Source of the DNA: an uncultured bacterium
GTDB taxonomy: Bacteria > Patescibacteriota > Minisyncoccia > UBA6257 > 2-01-FULL-56-20
Assembly: GCA_963696395.1 (NCBI GenBank)
Contig: CAVOJZ010000002.1
Span: 784,619-848,618, forward strand
Direction: 5' to 3'
DNA length: 64,000 nt
Shown: positions 48,073-57,353 of the stretch, in pieces
Layout: each line of letters starts with the position of its first letter
Position numbering within the stretch: position 1 is the stretch's first letter
Notes under the pieces: generated by a model
Told to the model about the DNA's origin: nothing
Database searches by the model: none
Seen by the model: the letters and a program-made list of their open reading frames with translations, nothing else
Translations under genes and position numbers: made by a program

Positions 48073-48534
48073 ATGTTTAAGAATTTTGGTTTGAATGACG
48101 AAGATGCGCACCGCGCACTTATCATCGTTGGTGAATTAGGGAATAATGTCTTTGACCACAACCTTGGAAATTGGCCAACCAATTTTAGCGGCTCGATTAT
48201 CGCCGCACAGAATTATCCACGATTGAATCGCATCGAAATGATCGTGGCCGATGCTGGGGTTGGATTTCTCGGTTCTTTGCGAAATGCATTTCCTGATCTT
48301 ACAACTGATATCGCGGCTATTAAGAAAGGACTGGAAGGTAACACTGGGAGGATTGGAGAAAATCGCGGTAATGGACTGAAGACGATTCAAAAATGGACCA
48401 TCGGAAATTTTCATGGTATCCTCACCATCCATTCCGGCGGCGGCTTGGTGCAAGTTGATGAGAATGGTACTCAAGAAAAAGAAGTTGCTCCAATCGTAGG
48501 AACGTTGGCACAGTTCGTGATATACTATGGATAA
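48073..48534 (+). CDS. GHKL-family ATPase-like protein (RsbW/SpoIIAB anti-sigma-factor-kinase-like)
   Basis: N-box ELGNNVFDH, D-box DAGVGF, G-box GENRGNGLKTI. Confidence 0.55.
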   Translation: MFKNFGLNDEDAHRALIIVGELGNNVFDHNLGNWPTNFSGSIIAAQNYPRLNRIEMIVADAGVGFLGSLRNAFPDLTTDIAAIKKGLEGNTGRIGENRGNGLKTIQKWTIGNFHGILTIHSGGGLVQVDENGTQEKEVAPIVGTLAQFVIYYG

Positions 48535-48838
48535 AGGCATGACGCTTGAGCTAAAAAAATTCGGCAGAATATTAAATAGTCGCTCGTTTGCGCGAGAGGC
48601 TATTTTGCGCGTCAAGCAAATCGTGAATGGCGAAAAAGATACTGCTGATGATCTCATGCTTGATTTTGCCGAAGTTGATGTAGTTACGCCATCGTTTGCC
48701 GATGAGTTTATTCGCGGTTTAAAAAAACAATATCCTCGGAAGAAAATTAAGATTCAAGGAGTGACGGACAATACCGTTCTTGAAGAGGTGCTAAAAATAG
48801 TGGAAGAAAGTGAGGCAAGTAAGAAAGAAGCTGAATAA
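48527..48838 (+). CDS. STAS-like (DUF4325-type) small protein, translationally coupled to the upstream ATPase
   Basis: 103 aa; overlaps previous gene by 8 nt; pattern LDFAEVDVVTPSFADEFIRGL typical of STAS-like partners of GHKL anti-sigma kinases. Confidence 0.45.
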   Translation: MDKGMTLELKKFGRILNSRSFAREAILRVKQIVNGEKDTADDLMLDFAEVDVVTPSFADEFIRGLKKQYPRKKIKIQGVTDNTVLEEVLKIVEESEASKKEAE

Positions 48839-48867
48839 TTGGAGGGAGGGCGGTATAATTTCTCCAT

Positions 48868-50313
48868 ATGACCCAATCCACCGCTCTCTCCATCCTCAAG
48901 ACCGGCAAGAACGTCTTTATCACCGGGGCGCCGGGGGCGGGGAAGACGTATCTTTTGAATGAATACATCCGCTTTTTAAACGAACGGAACGTAAACGCGG
49001 CGGTCACGGCGTTCACGGGCATTGCGGCGAGCCACATCAATGGCCGTACGCTTCATTCGTGGGCGGGGATGAGTATTGAGCAAATCACGCCCGAGGAACA
49101 GAGAAAGCGCACGCTCGGCAACGAATTTATTTCGGCAAAAATCCAGAATGCAAAAGTGCTCATCATTGATGAGATTTCCATGTTGCATCCGGAGGATTTC
49201 ACGCGCGTGGACTTCATTTGCAAAACGGCACGCGGATCACTCGAACCTTTTGGCGGACTCCAGCTCATCTGTTGTGGGGACTTCTTTCAGATTCCGCCGA
49301 TCGGGGCGCCCGGTGAATCGCTCGAGGAAAAGTTTGTGATTGACTGCCCCGCATGGAGGGAAGCCGGGCTCATCACCTGCTATCTCCACGAACAGCATCG
49401 GCAGGGCGATCCGAAGCTGCTTGGCATTCTCGACGAAATTCGTGCGGGCCAGGTTGGCGCGCAATCTATCGCACTCCTCAAGTCCCGTGTGAATGCGAAG
49501 GTCACCTCGAAGGTTGGCCTTGCGCGGCTCTATACGCACAATGAAAATGTGGATGAGATCAATGCTGCAGAGCTCGATAAGCTCAATGAAGCGCCGATCG
49601 TGTACGACATTCTGCAACGCGGCTCGGCGAAGCTCGTTGAGAAACTGCAGAAAGATTATCGCATCGAGGCGAAACTCGTGTTAAAGAAAGGCGCCCGCGT
49701 GATGTTTACCCGGAATAATCCGGGGGAGCGGTATGCAAACGGGACGCTCGGTGTGGTTGTGGATTTTGTAACCTCGGAAGAAAAAACCGCCCTCGATCCT
49801 ATCGTCCTCACGTTTGGCGGACGACGCATTATTGTTACCCGCGAGGAATGGAGTTTTGAAGAAGACGGCCGGACGCGGGCGCTCGTGAGCCAGTTGCCGC
49901 TCAAACTTGCCTGGGCGATCACAGTTCACAAGAGCCAGGGGATGACGCTCGACGCCGCGGAGATTGACCTCTCCCGCGCCTTCGAACGCGGCATGGGATA
50001 TGTTGCGCTCTCGCGCGTGAAGAGCCTGGATAACATTTCTCTGCTCGGTCTGAACCAGACGGCACTCGAAGTGAGCGAACGGATCAAAAAACTCGATGAA
50101 GATTTTCTTGCACAATCGGTGGAATCCGAAGAATGGCTCGCCGGGCTGGGTGATGCCGGCGTTGCTCGGGCGCAGGAGGAGTTTTTGGCTTCCGTGCGGG
50201 AGGACGGGGATGCGGACAAGGCCGCGGAAACCGCATATCGCGCAAATGACGACATCCATTATGAAATTGACGAGATTCCGGTGGTGGATTTTGCCCCGGA
50301 TGAGGGGGCTTGA
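48868..50313 (+). CDS. Pif1/RecD-like ATP-dependent DNA helicase
   Basis: ITGAPGAGKTYLL Walker A, DEISM Walker B, Pif1-family motifs, 481 aa. Confidence 0.75.
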   Translation: MTQSTALSILKTGKNVFITGAPGAGKTYLLNEYIRFLNERNVNAAVTAFTGIAASHINGRTLHSWAGMSIEQITPEEQRKRTLGNEFISAKIQNAKVLIIDEISMLHPEDFTRVDFICKTARGSLEPFGGLQLICCGDFFQIPPIGAPGESLEEKFVIDCPAWREAGLITCYLHEQHRQGDPKLLGILDEIRAGQVGAQSIALLKSRVNAKVTSKVGLARLYTHNENVDEINAAELDKLNEAPIVYDILQRGSAKLVEKLQKDYRIEAKLVLKKGARVMFTRNNPGERYANGTLGVVVDFVTSEEKTALDPIVLTFGGRRIIVTREEWSFEEDGRTRALVSQLPLKLAWAITVHKSQGMTLDAAEIDLSRAFERGMGYVALSRVKSLDNISLLGLNQTALEVSERIKKLDEDFLAQSVESEEWLAGLGDAGVARAQEEFLASVREDGDADKAAETAYRANDDIHYEIDEIPVVDFAPDEGA

Positions 50314-50339
50314 CACCATTTGACCGCCGGGGGTATAGT
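50310..50339 (+). promoter_or_regulatory. sigma-70-like promoter (TTGACA-18-TATAGT) overlapping pif1 stop
   Basis: TTGACA 50310-50315, TATAGT 50334-50339. Confidence 0.45.
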
Positions 50340-50346
50340 TGCTTTC

Positions 50347-50731
50347 AGCTGCAGCTTGAGTTGTCGAGGTTGTGCTTTCTTCTCACAAGGAGGAATTTCT
50401 ATTTGACTGTCGCAAGGCAGTACAACGCTTGATTGCCTCAACGAACCGCCGGCAACGGCACGAGGGCTCCATCCGCGATTCACCCAAGCTGGAAAGCGGT
50501 GGCTCGGTGCGCGGATAGGCGCTTGGCAGTAGGTAGTACCTTTTTAACGAACGGTCCATGGCTCCCTCAGGGGAACCATTAGCAACGGCCTACCGGCAGT
50601 TGCAGCCAGAGCGTCGCACATGTGCGCCGCGTCAAAACTTCTCATAACTGGGAAGAACTGACGCACCGCGCCATTGCCGCTCACGGCAACAAGGTCCCCA
50701 CGCAGTGTTCGCACTGCATGGGGCCTTTTTT
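50347..50731 (+). ncRNA. candidate large structured ncRNA (~385 nt) with no ORF support; RNase-P-RNA-like P4 motifs but class unconfirmed
   Basis: GGAAAG-CGGTGG-CTC (50491-50505) and downstream AGAAC-TGACG-CACCGC (50654-50669) could form a P4-like pairing (GCGGTG/CACCGC). Several hairpins (GCGC-GGATAG-GCGC; TCCC-TCAG-GGGA; TTGCCG-CTCA-CGGCAA). Ends in a strong terminator. Confidence 0.35.
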
Positions 50732-50732
50732 A
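50693..50732 (+). terminator. intrinsic terminator
   Basis: GGTCCCCACGCAGTG-TTCG-CACTGCATGGGGCC + TTTTTT. Confidence 0.75.
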
Positions 50733-50762
50733 ATATATAATGCCAAAGACCACCCACCCTTC

Positions 50763-51008
50763 ATGAAAATTTTTGTTCGGGCAAAACCGGGCGCGAAAGT
50801 GTCGCGCATCGAGGAGATAACCGGCTTATTCAAAACCAAGAATGAGCGGCAGTTTGTGATCGCCGTGAAGGAGCCGGCCAAAGAGGGAAAAGCAAATCGC
50901 GCGATCGAGCGTGCGCTCTCGGAATATCTTCACGTTCCCATCTCGAGCATACGGATTGTCTCCGGACAAACCTCGCGGGACAAAGTGGTGGAGATTGCGG
51001 AGGAGTGA
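50763..51008 (+). CDS. DUF167/YggU-family (UPF0235) small protein
   Basis: MKIFVRAKPGAKVSRIE...ANRAIERALSEYLHVPISSIRIVSGQTSRDKVVEI; own -10 TATAAT at 50739-50744. Confidence 0.65.
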   Translation: MKIFVRAKPGAKVSRIEEITGLFKTKNERQFVIAVKEPAKEGKANRAIERALSEYLHVPISSIRIVSGQTSRDKVVEIAEE

Positions 51009-51062
51009 GAAATTTTAATAATTTTTTAACGGGAGATACCTTAAGCTTCACCGGTCAGTGCG

Positions 51063-51133
51063 GGCCCATGGTGAAGTGGTATCATGGCGTGCTTTCACCT
51101 CGCAGTCCGGGGTTCGATTCCCCGTGGGTCCAC
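51063..51133 (+). tRNA. second tRNA-Glu (anticodon TTC), divergent from the copy at 8811
   Basis: Acceptor GGGCCCA/TGGGTCC (G3:U70), anticodon loop CTTTCAC with one T:T mismatch in stem, T-arm CGGGG-TTCGATT-CCCCG; CCA not encoded. Confidence 0.6.
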
Positions 51134-51145
51134 ATTGGCAAATAC

Positions 51146-51173
51146 TTGACAGTACTTTGGCGAAGCGTAAAAT
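51146..51173 (+). promoter_or_regulatory. sigma-70 promoter (TTGACA-16-TAAAAT)
   Basis: Near-consensus boxes. Confidence 0.55.
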
Positions 51174-51179
51174 TGTGAA

Positions 51180-51245
51180 TAGGTTGAAAGCACGCTGGGA
51201 GTCGAACTCCCGAGAAATCCGCTCGCAAGGGCGGCTTTCTTTTTG
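51180..51245 (+). ncRNA. orphan ~65-nt sRNA with T-arm-like hairpin (GGGAG-TCGAA-CTCCC) and a terminator of the same family as the 43.6 kb array
   Basis: Terminator CCGCTCGCAAGGGCGG + CTTTCTTTTT closely matches GACCGCTCGCAAGAGCGGCC of T1/T2. Confidence 0.4.
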
Positions 51246-51271
51246 ATCAAGCGGTAGAGCGGTTTGCTAAT

Positions 51272-51793
51272 CTAACTTACTTTCAGAATGGTATATTCTT
51301 TTTTGCCTGTCGCCGTTTGAATGGCGACAATATCACCAACTTTGTGCCCCATCATTGCCGCGCCAAGCGGGGAGAGGTGGGAAATCCGGCCGCTTGTTGG
51401 ATTCGTCTCCGTTGGGCCGAGGATTTCATAGGTGGTTTCCTTTTTGGTCTTGCCCACGCCGGCGGTCTTGCCCGCAATTTTGCCGCCGCCGCCGCTCGGT
51501 GTCGTCCCGGCCGGTGCGATCGTTACGGTTGACCCGAGCTGAACGATGCCACCTTTTCCCGCACCGCGCTCGATCGGAACCACGCGCTTGAGCTGGTCTT
51601 CGATCCTGTATGACTCATACGTTGCATAGCGCAGTGCACCTTTGGCTTGTTTATATTCGGCGTTGTCGGACCGGTCGCCGTACGCGGCGGTGCGCGCGGT
51701 TTCTTCCGCGAGCTTTGGAAGGTTGCGCTTGAGACGCGCGAGTTTCTCGCGGAGGCGCTCGATGCCTTCGGGGGTCATGTAAATCGGTTCCAT
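51272..51793 (-). CDS. greA: transcription elongation factor GreA (with Gly/Lys-rich insertion)
   Basis: N-terminal coiled coil (TPEGIERLREKLARLK), C-terminal FKBP-like domain (GRISHLSPLGAAMMGHKVGDIVAI); insertion APAGTTPSGGGGKIAGKTAGVGKTKK. Upstream in-frame ATG at 51847 possible. Confidence 0.7.
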   Translation of the reverse strand: MEPIYMTPEGIERLREKLARLKRNLPKLAEETARTAAYGDRSDNAEYKQAKGALRYATYESYRIEDQLKRVVPIERGAGKGGIVQLGSTVTIAPAGTTPSGGGGKIAGKTAGVGKTKKETTYEILGPTETNPTSGRISHLSPLGAAMMGHKVGDIVAIQTATGKKEYTILKVS

Positions 51794-51890
51794 GTTCACA
51801 CTCTCCGGTTTAATGCGCTTGTGCGGCGGGATTTTCATCAGTATCACTATAGCAGAAAGAGCACCACGGGCGGTGGTGTATTCTTAGCAT

Positions 51891-53102
51891 ATGCGCATCA
51901 TCGGCCATCTTGATATGGACGCCTTCTTTGCCTCGATAGAAGAGCGTGACAATCCGCGTTTGCGCGGCAAACCGATCGTGGTCGGGGCCGATCCTTTGAA
52001 TGGCCGCGGGCGTGGCGTGGTTTCAACTGCCAATTATGCCGCACGGGCGTACGGCATCCGATCGGCGCTACCAATCACGAAGGCCTGGGAGTTTTCGGAA
52101 GCGGCTCGCCGGCGCGGATTGCCGCCGGCCGTTTTTATGGCGGTTGATATGGAAAAATATGCGGACGTGTCTCGCCGGATTATGGAAATTATGCGTGATT
52201 GCCTGGCTGCGGCGGCCAAGGCCGGCCATGCGGCGGTGCTCATTGAGCAGGCGAGCGTGGATGAAGCCTATTTCGATCTTTCGTTCCTGACCGAAGCCGC
52301 CGAGGATCCCTATTTGGCCGCGCGCACGACGGCAGAAAAATTGAAGCAGGCGATCCGTGACCGTGAGCATCTCACGGCATCCATCGGCATCGGTCCGAAC
52401 AAACTTATTGCAAAGATTGCATCCGACATGCAAAAGCCGGACGGACTCACGGTTGTCCACGAATTCGACGCCGAGGATTTTCTTGCGCCTATGAGTGTGC
52501 GCAAGATTCCTGGGGTCGGACCAAAAACCGAAGAGCAATTGAAAAAGCGTGGCGTAAAAACCGTTGGCGATGCGCGCGTGTTTTCAAAAGAGGAACTGAA
52601 AAAGACGATGGGAAAATTCGGCACGGCGTTGTACGAAAAACTGCGCGGCCGTGATGAGGCGCCGCTCGTCACGGAGTATGAGGCAAAATCCATTGGCCGG
52701 CACGCGACCTTTGCGAAAGATATCCCGGCAGGGGAGAAATTGAAGGATCGAAAAACACTTGAGGCCGCTCTTACGGCACTTGCCGATGACGTGTTCGAAA
52801 CCTTCTGCGCCGACGTTGCACGCGGGACTTCGTATAACGCCTTCCGCAAGACGACAATCACGGTTCGCTTTGCCGACTTTAAGACGGTGACGCGGACAAC
52901 CACGCTTGACCAGCCGGTTCGCGCGGATAATCCCAAGGGTCGGGAAGCTCTCCGGTTCCAGGCACTGCGCCTTTTCATGCCATTTCTCGACCGCCGCGAG
53001 AACCCGGATCGGAAATCATTCCGCCTGCTCGGCGTTCGCGTGGAGGATTTGACAAGAGTTGACGGTTTAGACTACAATAGCTTGGGTAAACCCTTTCTCT
53101 AA
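51891..53102 (+). CDS. dinB: DNA polymerase IV
   Basis: HLDMDAFFASIE, Y-family palm/fingers motifs, 403 aa. Confidence 0.8.
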   Translation: MRIIGHLDMDAFFASIEERDNPRLRGKPIVVGADPLNGRGRGVVSTANYAARAYGIRSALPITKAWEFSEAARRRGLPPAVFMAVDMEKYADVSRRIMEIMRDCLAAAAKAGHAAVLIEQASVDEAYFDLSFLTEAAEDPYLAARTTAEKLKQAIRDREHLTASIGIGPNKLIAKIASDMQKPDGLTVVHEFDAEDFLAPMSVRKIPGVGPKTEEQLKKRGVKTVGDARVFSKEELKKTMGKFGTALYEKLRGRDEAPLVTEYEAKSIGRHATFAKDIPAGEKLKDRKTLEAALTALADDVFETFCADVARGTSYNAFRKTTITVRFADFKTVTRTTTLDQPVRADNPKGREALRFQALRLFMPFLDRRENPDRKSFRLLGVRVEDLTRVDGLDYNSLGKPFL

Positions 53103-53239
53103 ACCGGTCGATTGGTTTAGGTTTTTCACAGCTCACGTAGCTGTTTTTGTTCGAGAAGGGGGAACAAAAATTGCCGGCTCGTCCAACCTGGGATGTGCCC
53201 AGGGTGCCGCAGAAATATAAATAATCAAAAAATAAAATT

Positions 53240-54439
<1,200 letters not shown>

Positions 54440-54442
54440 CCC

Positions 54443-54766
54443 ATGGCAAAAACCGAAGTACCCCAAAAAATCCGCTTACGCATCAAGTCGTACGATCACA
54501 AATTGATCGATAATTCGGCGCGCATGATCATTGAGGCCGCCGAGCGCAACGATGCGAAGGTGATGGGGCCGATGCCGCTTCCGACGGAGATCAAGCGGTA
54601 TACGGTGAACCGTTCGACGTTTGTCCACAAGGATTCGCGCGAGCAGTTCGAACTCCGGGTGCATAAGCGCCTTGTGGAGATTCTCAATCCGAGCCAGAAG
54701 ATCATCGAATCACTTTCGAACCTGAATCTTCCCGCCGGCGTTGATATCGAAATTAAAATGGTCTAG
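54443..54766 (+). CDS. rpsJ: 30S ribosomal protein S10
   Basis: [24 protein letters not shown]... uS10 signature. Confidence 0.9.
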   Translation: MAKTEVPQKIRLRIKSYDHKLIDNSARMIIEAAERNDAKVMGPMPLPTEIKRYTVNRSTFVHKDSREQFELRVHKRLVEILNPSQKIIESLSNLNLPAGVDIEIKMV

Positions 54767-54789
54767 GCGAAAGCCGCCGTTTGCAAAAA

Positions 54790-54819
54790 TCCCCGCGCAT
54801 TGCGGGGATTTTTGTTTTG
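54790..54819 (+). terminator. intrinsic terminator after rpsJ
   Basis: ATCCCCGCGCA-TT-GCGGGGAT + TTTTGTTTT. Confidence 0.7.
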
Positions 54820-54856
54820 GTGTACGTTGTTGATAGCTTCATTTTGCGGAGGAATT

Positions 54857-55243
54857 ATGGACGGAGAAATCAGAAACATTGCAATGGATCGGGAACATGC
54901 TGAAGCGCTGGAGTTCATCAGATTGAGCGGAGCAGAAGCGCGCCGCGAATTCGATAAACTCCGGGCATCCTCGAGAATTGAATGCAGAAGCCCCTTTCTC
55001 GAAGATATCGAATACCTGCTTTGGCTTCGTCCTATCCGCGCCTGCGCACAGCTCGATATATTCGATTTAGCAAAGGCAACGCTCTATTATTCAACTATCG
55101 AGGGCCGCGCGCTTGGTGCAAAAGGGAATCCCATAGCCCGGCTTATCGTCACTCGATCACGAAAACTTCGATTGAACTATACGATTCCGGGAAATCGAAT
55201 GGGCCGGGGGACGCGCGAAAGAGCCAACCTCACCGTATCATAA
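54857..55243 (+). CDS. hypothetical protein inserted between rpsJ and rplC
   Basis: ORF from ATG 54857 (MDGEIRNIAMDREHAEAL...); no family recognized. Confidence 0.4.
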   Translation: MDGEIRNIAMDREHAEALEFIRLSGAEARREFDKLRASSRIECRSPFLEDIEYLLWLRPIRACAQLDIFDLAKATLYYSTIEGRALGAKGNPIARLIVTRSRKLRLNYTIPGNRMGRGTRERANLTVS

Positions 55244-55367
55244 TTAAACAGCAGAAGATTTTCAGTAAGCCGCTCGCACTATGGGCGGCTTTTTGTGACG
55301 CGAGATTGACAACGGTATTAAAATTATTTATACTGTAATGCGGTTGCTATTAAAACTTGGAGGCACC

Positions 55368-55841
55368 ATGGTGACGTCGGTGGCGATTGATCTTGAGGAA
55401 ATTTCACACGTGATCCAGCGGGAACTGGCACATCACTCCTGCGAAGCGGTTGAAAAAGCGAAACAAGTACAGCTGGACGGCGGTTGCGAAATATTTATCG
55501 GCCGTTTGAACGAAGCACAGATGTTAAACCTCGGTATCGTTCTTCCGCAAGCGCGAACGTTGCGTTTGTCGATCATGATTATGTCGGCTGCTGACGACAG
55601 CAACGGTGTTGACTGGACCGGCAAGGACTGCCCGCTCGAGACCTGTCCGCGCGCGCATTATTATGTGCTTGGGCTTAACGTTGGGTTCATGGAAGCGTGC
55701 TCCGCGCGGAAGGCTTTTGGAAGCGAACCGATGAGTGCTGTTTTCAGCAAGCAGTCATTCGAGGTTCCTTTGGGCGATTATCGCAAGTTCAGAGTCGGGC
55801 CGGGCGGCACGTTGGCGCTTCTCATCGTGGAAGAAGTCTGA
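55368..55841 (+). CDS. hypothetical protein (Cys-containing) inserted between rpsJ and rplC
   Basis: ATG 55368 preceded by GGAGG SD; terminator downstream. Confidence 0.45.
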   Translation: MVTSVAIDLEEISHVIQRELAHHSCEAVEKAKQVQLDGGCEIFIGRLNEAQMLNLGIVLPQARTLRLSIMIMSAADDSNGVDWTGKDCPLETCPRAHYYVLGLNVGFMEACSARKAFGSEPMSAVFSKQSFEVPLGDYRKFRVGPGGTLALLIVEEV

Positions 55842-55864
55842 CGAAGTCGTTCTATCATTCCGGC

Positions 55865-55898
55865 GCGAGGCAATCCCTCGCGCCGTTTTCTTTTCCCA
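55865..55898 (+). terminator. intrinsic terminator
   Basis: GGCGCGAGGG-CAAT-CCCTCGCGCC + GTTTTCTTTT. Confidence 0.7.
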
Positions 55899-55903
55899 TT
55901 TGA

Positions 55904-55931
55904 CATCCAAGCTCGATTTGCTATACTCCTA
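55904..55931 (+). promoter_or_regulatory. sigma-70 promoter (TTGACA-16-TATACT) for the rplC operon
   Basis: Near-consensus boxes ~190 nt upstream of rplC. Confidence 0.55.
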
Positions 55932-56047
55932 TCCAAGGTTCCCTCGGACGTTTTATGCCAATAAACACCTATTCAGGAAGACGGTTATCGTTTTCTCTGG
56001 CTGATCCCGTTTAAAAACGGGGGTAGTGCGTTGATTGTGCCGAAAAC

Positions 56048-56071
56048 TCCGGGGAAATACCCGGTTTTTTA
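56048..56071 (+). promoter_or_regulatory. terminator-like attenuator hairpin in rplC leader (CCGGG-GAAATA-CCCGG + TTTTTT), candidate ribosomal-protein autoregulation site
   Basis: Sits inside the 5' leader, 50 nt before rplC ATG; additional hairpin CCCGTTT-AAAA-ACGGG at 56007-56023. Confidence 0.45.
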
Positions 56072-56120
56072 AATCCCCACCTGGATTTCCCCGTGCGGGC
56101 ACGAGGGAACGATCAAGAAT

Positions 56121-56702
56121 ATGCCATTCATTTTAGGCAAAAAATTTAATATGACGCAGATCTGGAAGGATGGGAAAGTGGTTCCCGTTACCATGATTAA
56201 GGTTGAACCGAACAAGGTTTCCACCGTGCGGACAAAAGAAAAAGATGGCTATGAGGCCGTCCAAGTTTCGTTAGGAAAGAAGAAGCGCGAATTTCGCAAC
56301 CGAATTTCGCAGCCGATTGACGTTGCGCAGTTCGCCATGGATTCAGAGCTCACCGTTGAGGTATTTAAAGAGGGCGACAAAGTCCGCGTTTCAGGACTCA
56401 CGAAGGGCCGCGGATTCCAGGGCGTTGTAAAACGGCATAACTTTGGCGGCGGACCAAAAACGCACGGCCAGAAAAACCGTTATCGCGCACCGGGGTCAAT
56501 CGGTTCAACCGCATTCCAGCGTGTTGTTCCGGGACGCCGCATGGCAGGACATATGGGTACGGAACGGGTGACGATCAAGAATCTTGTTGTGGCGGCAATC
56601 GATAAAGAAAAGAACATCCTCTTTTTGCGCGGCGCAGTGCCGGGCGCAAAGGGAGGACTTTTAGAAATCGCCACCGGCCCGATGGGCAAGGCAACCAAAT
56701 AA
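56121..56702 (+). CDS. rplC: 50S ribosomal protein L3
   Basis: uL3 signature; 193 aa. Confidence 0.9.
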   Translation: MPFILGKKFNMTQIWKDGKVVPVTMIKVEPNKVSTVRTKEKDGYEAVQVSLGKKKREFRNRISQPIDVAQFAMDSELTVEVFKEGDKVRVSGLTKGRGFQGVVKRHNFGGGPKTHGQKNRYRAPGSIGSTAFQRVVPGRRMAGHMGTERVTIKNLVVAAIDKEKNILFLRGAVPGAKGGLLEIATGPMGKATK

Positions 56703-56703
56703 C

Positions 56704-57348
56704 ATGAAAGCCGACGTCTACAATTTGAATAATGAAGTGGTTGGTACGGTTGATTTGCCGGACACCGTTTTTGGTACGCGCTGGAATGCCACGCTCGTGA
56801 AACAGGTGATGGATGCACAGCTCGCAAATGCGCGCCGCCCGTGGGCGCATGCAAAGGATCGCGGCGAAGTGAGCGGCGGCGGCAAGAAGCCGTGGCGCCA
56901 AAAAGGGACCGGCCGAGCGCGGCACGGTTCAACGCGTTCGCCGATCTGGGTTGGCGGTGGAAAAGCTCATGGACCCCGCAATGATAAGAGCTATGCGCAA
57001 AAGGTAAACAAAAAGATGAAGCGCGTTGCGTTGTTCTCGTTGCTTTCCCGTAAGGCAAAAGACGGCGAATTGAAGGTTTTTGAATCGCTCGCAGTTGAAG
57101 CCCCGAAGGCAAAAGTCCTTGCGGGAGCGTTGCATGGCGTTCTTGCCATGAAGAAAACCGCAAAGCGCTATGATGTGCTTTTGGTTTCGGACAAAGAAAA
57201 CAAGAATTTGTTCCGTGCGTCGTCCAACTTGGAGAAAGCAAAAGCCATCGATGTGACTTCGCTCAACGTGTACGACATTTTGAATCACAAGAATTTTTTC
57301 ATAGACAAAGCGTCGGTCGGGACGATTGAGAAACACTACAAAGTATAA
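56704..57348 (+). CDS. rplD: 50S ribosomal protein L4
   Basis: uL4 signature; 214 aa. Confidence 0.9.
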   Translation: MKADVYNLNNEVVGTVDLPDTVFGTRWNATLVKQVMDAQLANARRPWAHAKDRGEVSGGGKKPWRQKGTGRARHGSTRSPIWVGGGKAHGPRNDKSYAQKVNKKMKRVALFSLLSRKAKDGELKVFESLAVEAPKAKVLAGALHGVLAMKKTAKRYDVLLVSDKENKNLFRASSNLEKAKAIDVTSLNVYDILNHKNFFIDKASVGTIEKHYKV

Positions 57349-57353
57349 CCGCC

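Noticed and set aside
50347-50731. Firm assignment of the 385-nt RNA candidate as RNase P RNA
   Set aside because: P4-like motifs are present, but the spacing and the other conserved regions (P10-P12 GGUGAAA / GUAAGAGCGCACC, CR-V) could not be matched by eye. Left as an unclassified candidate.
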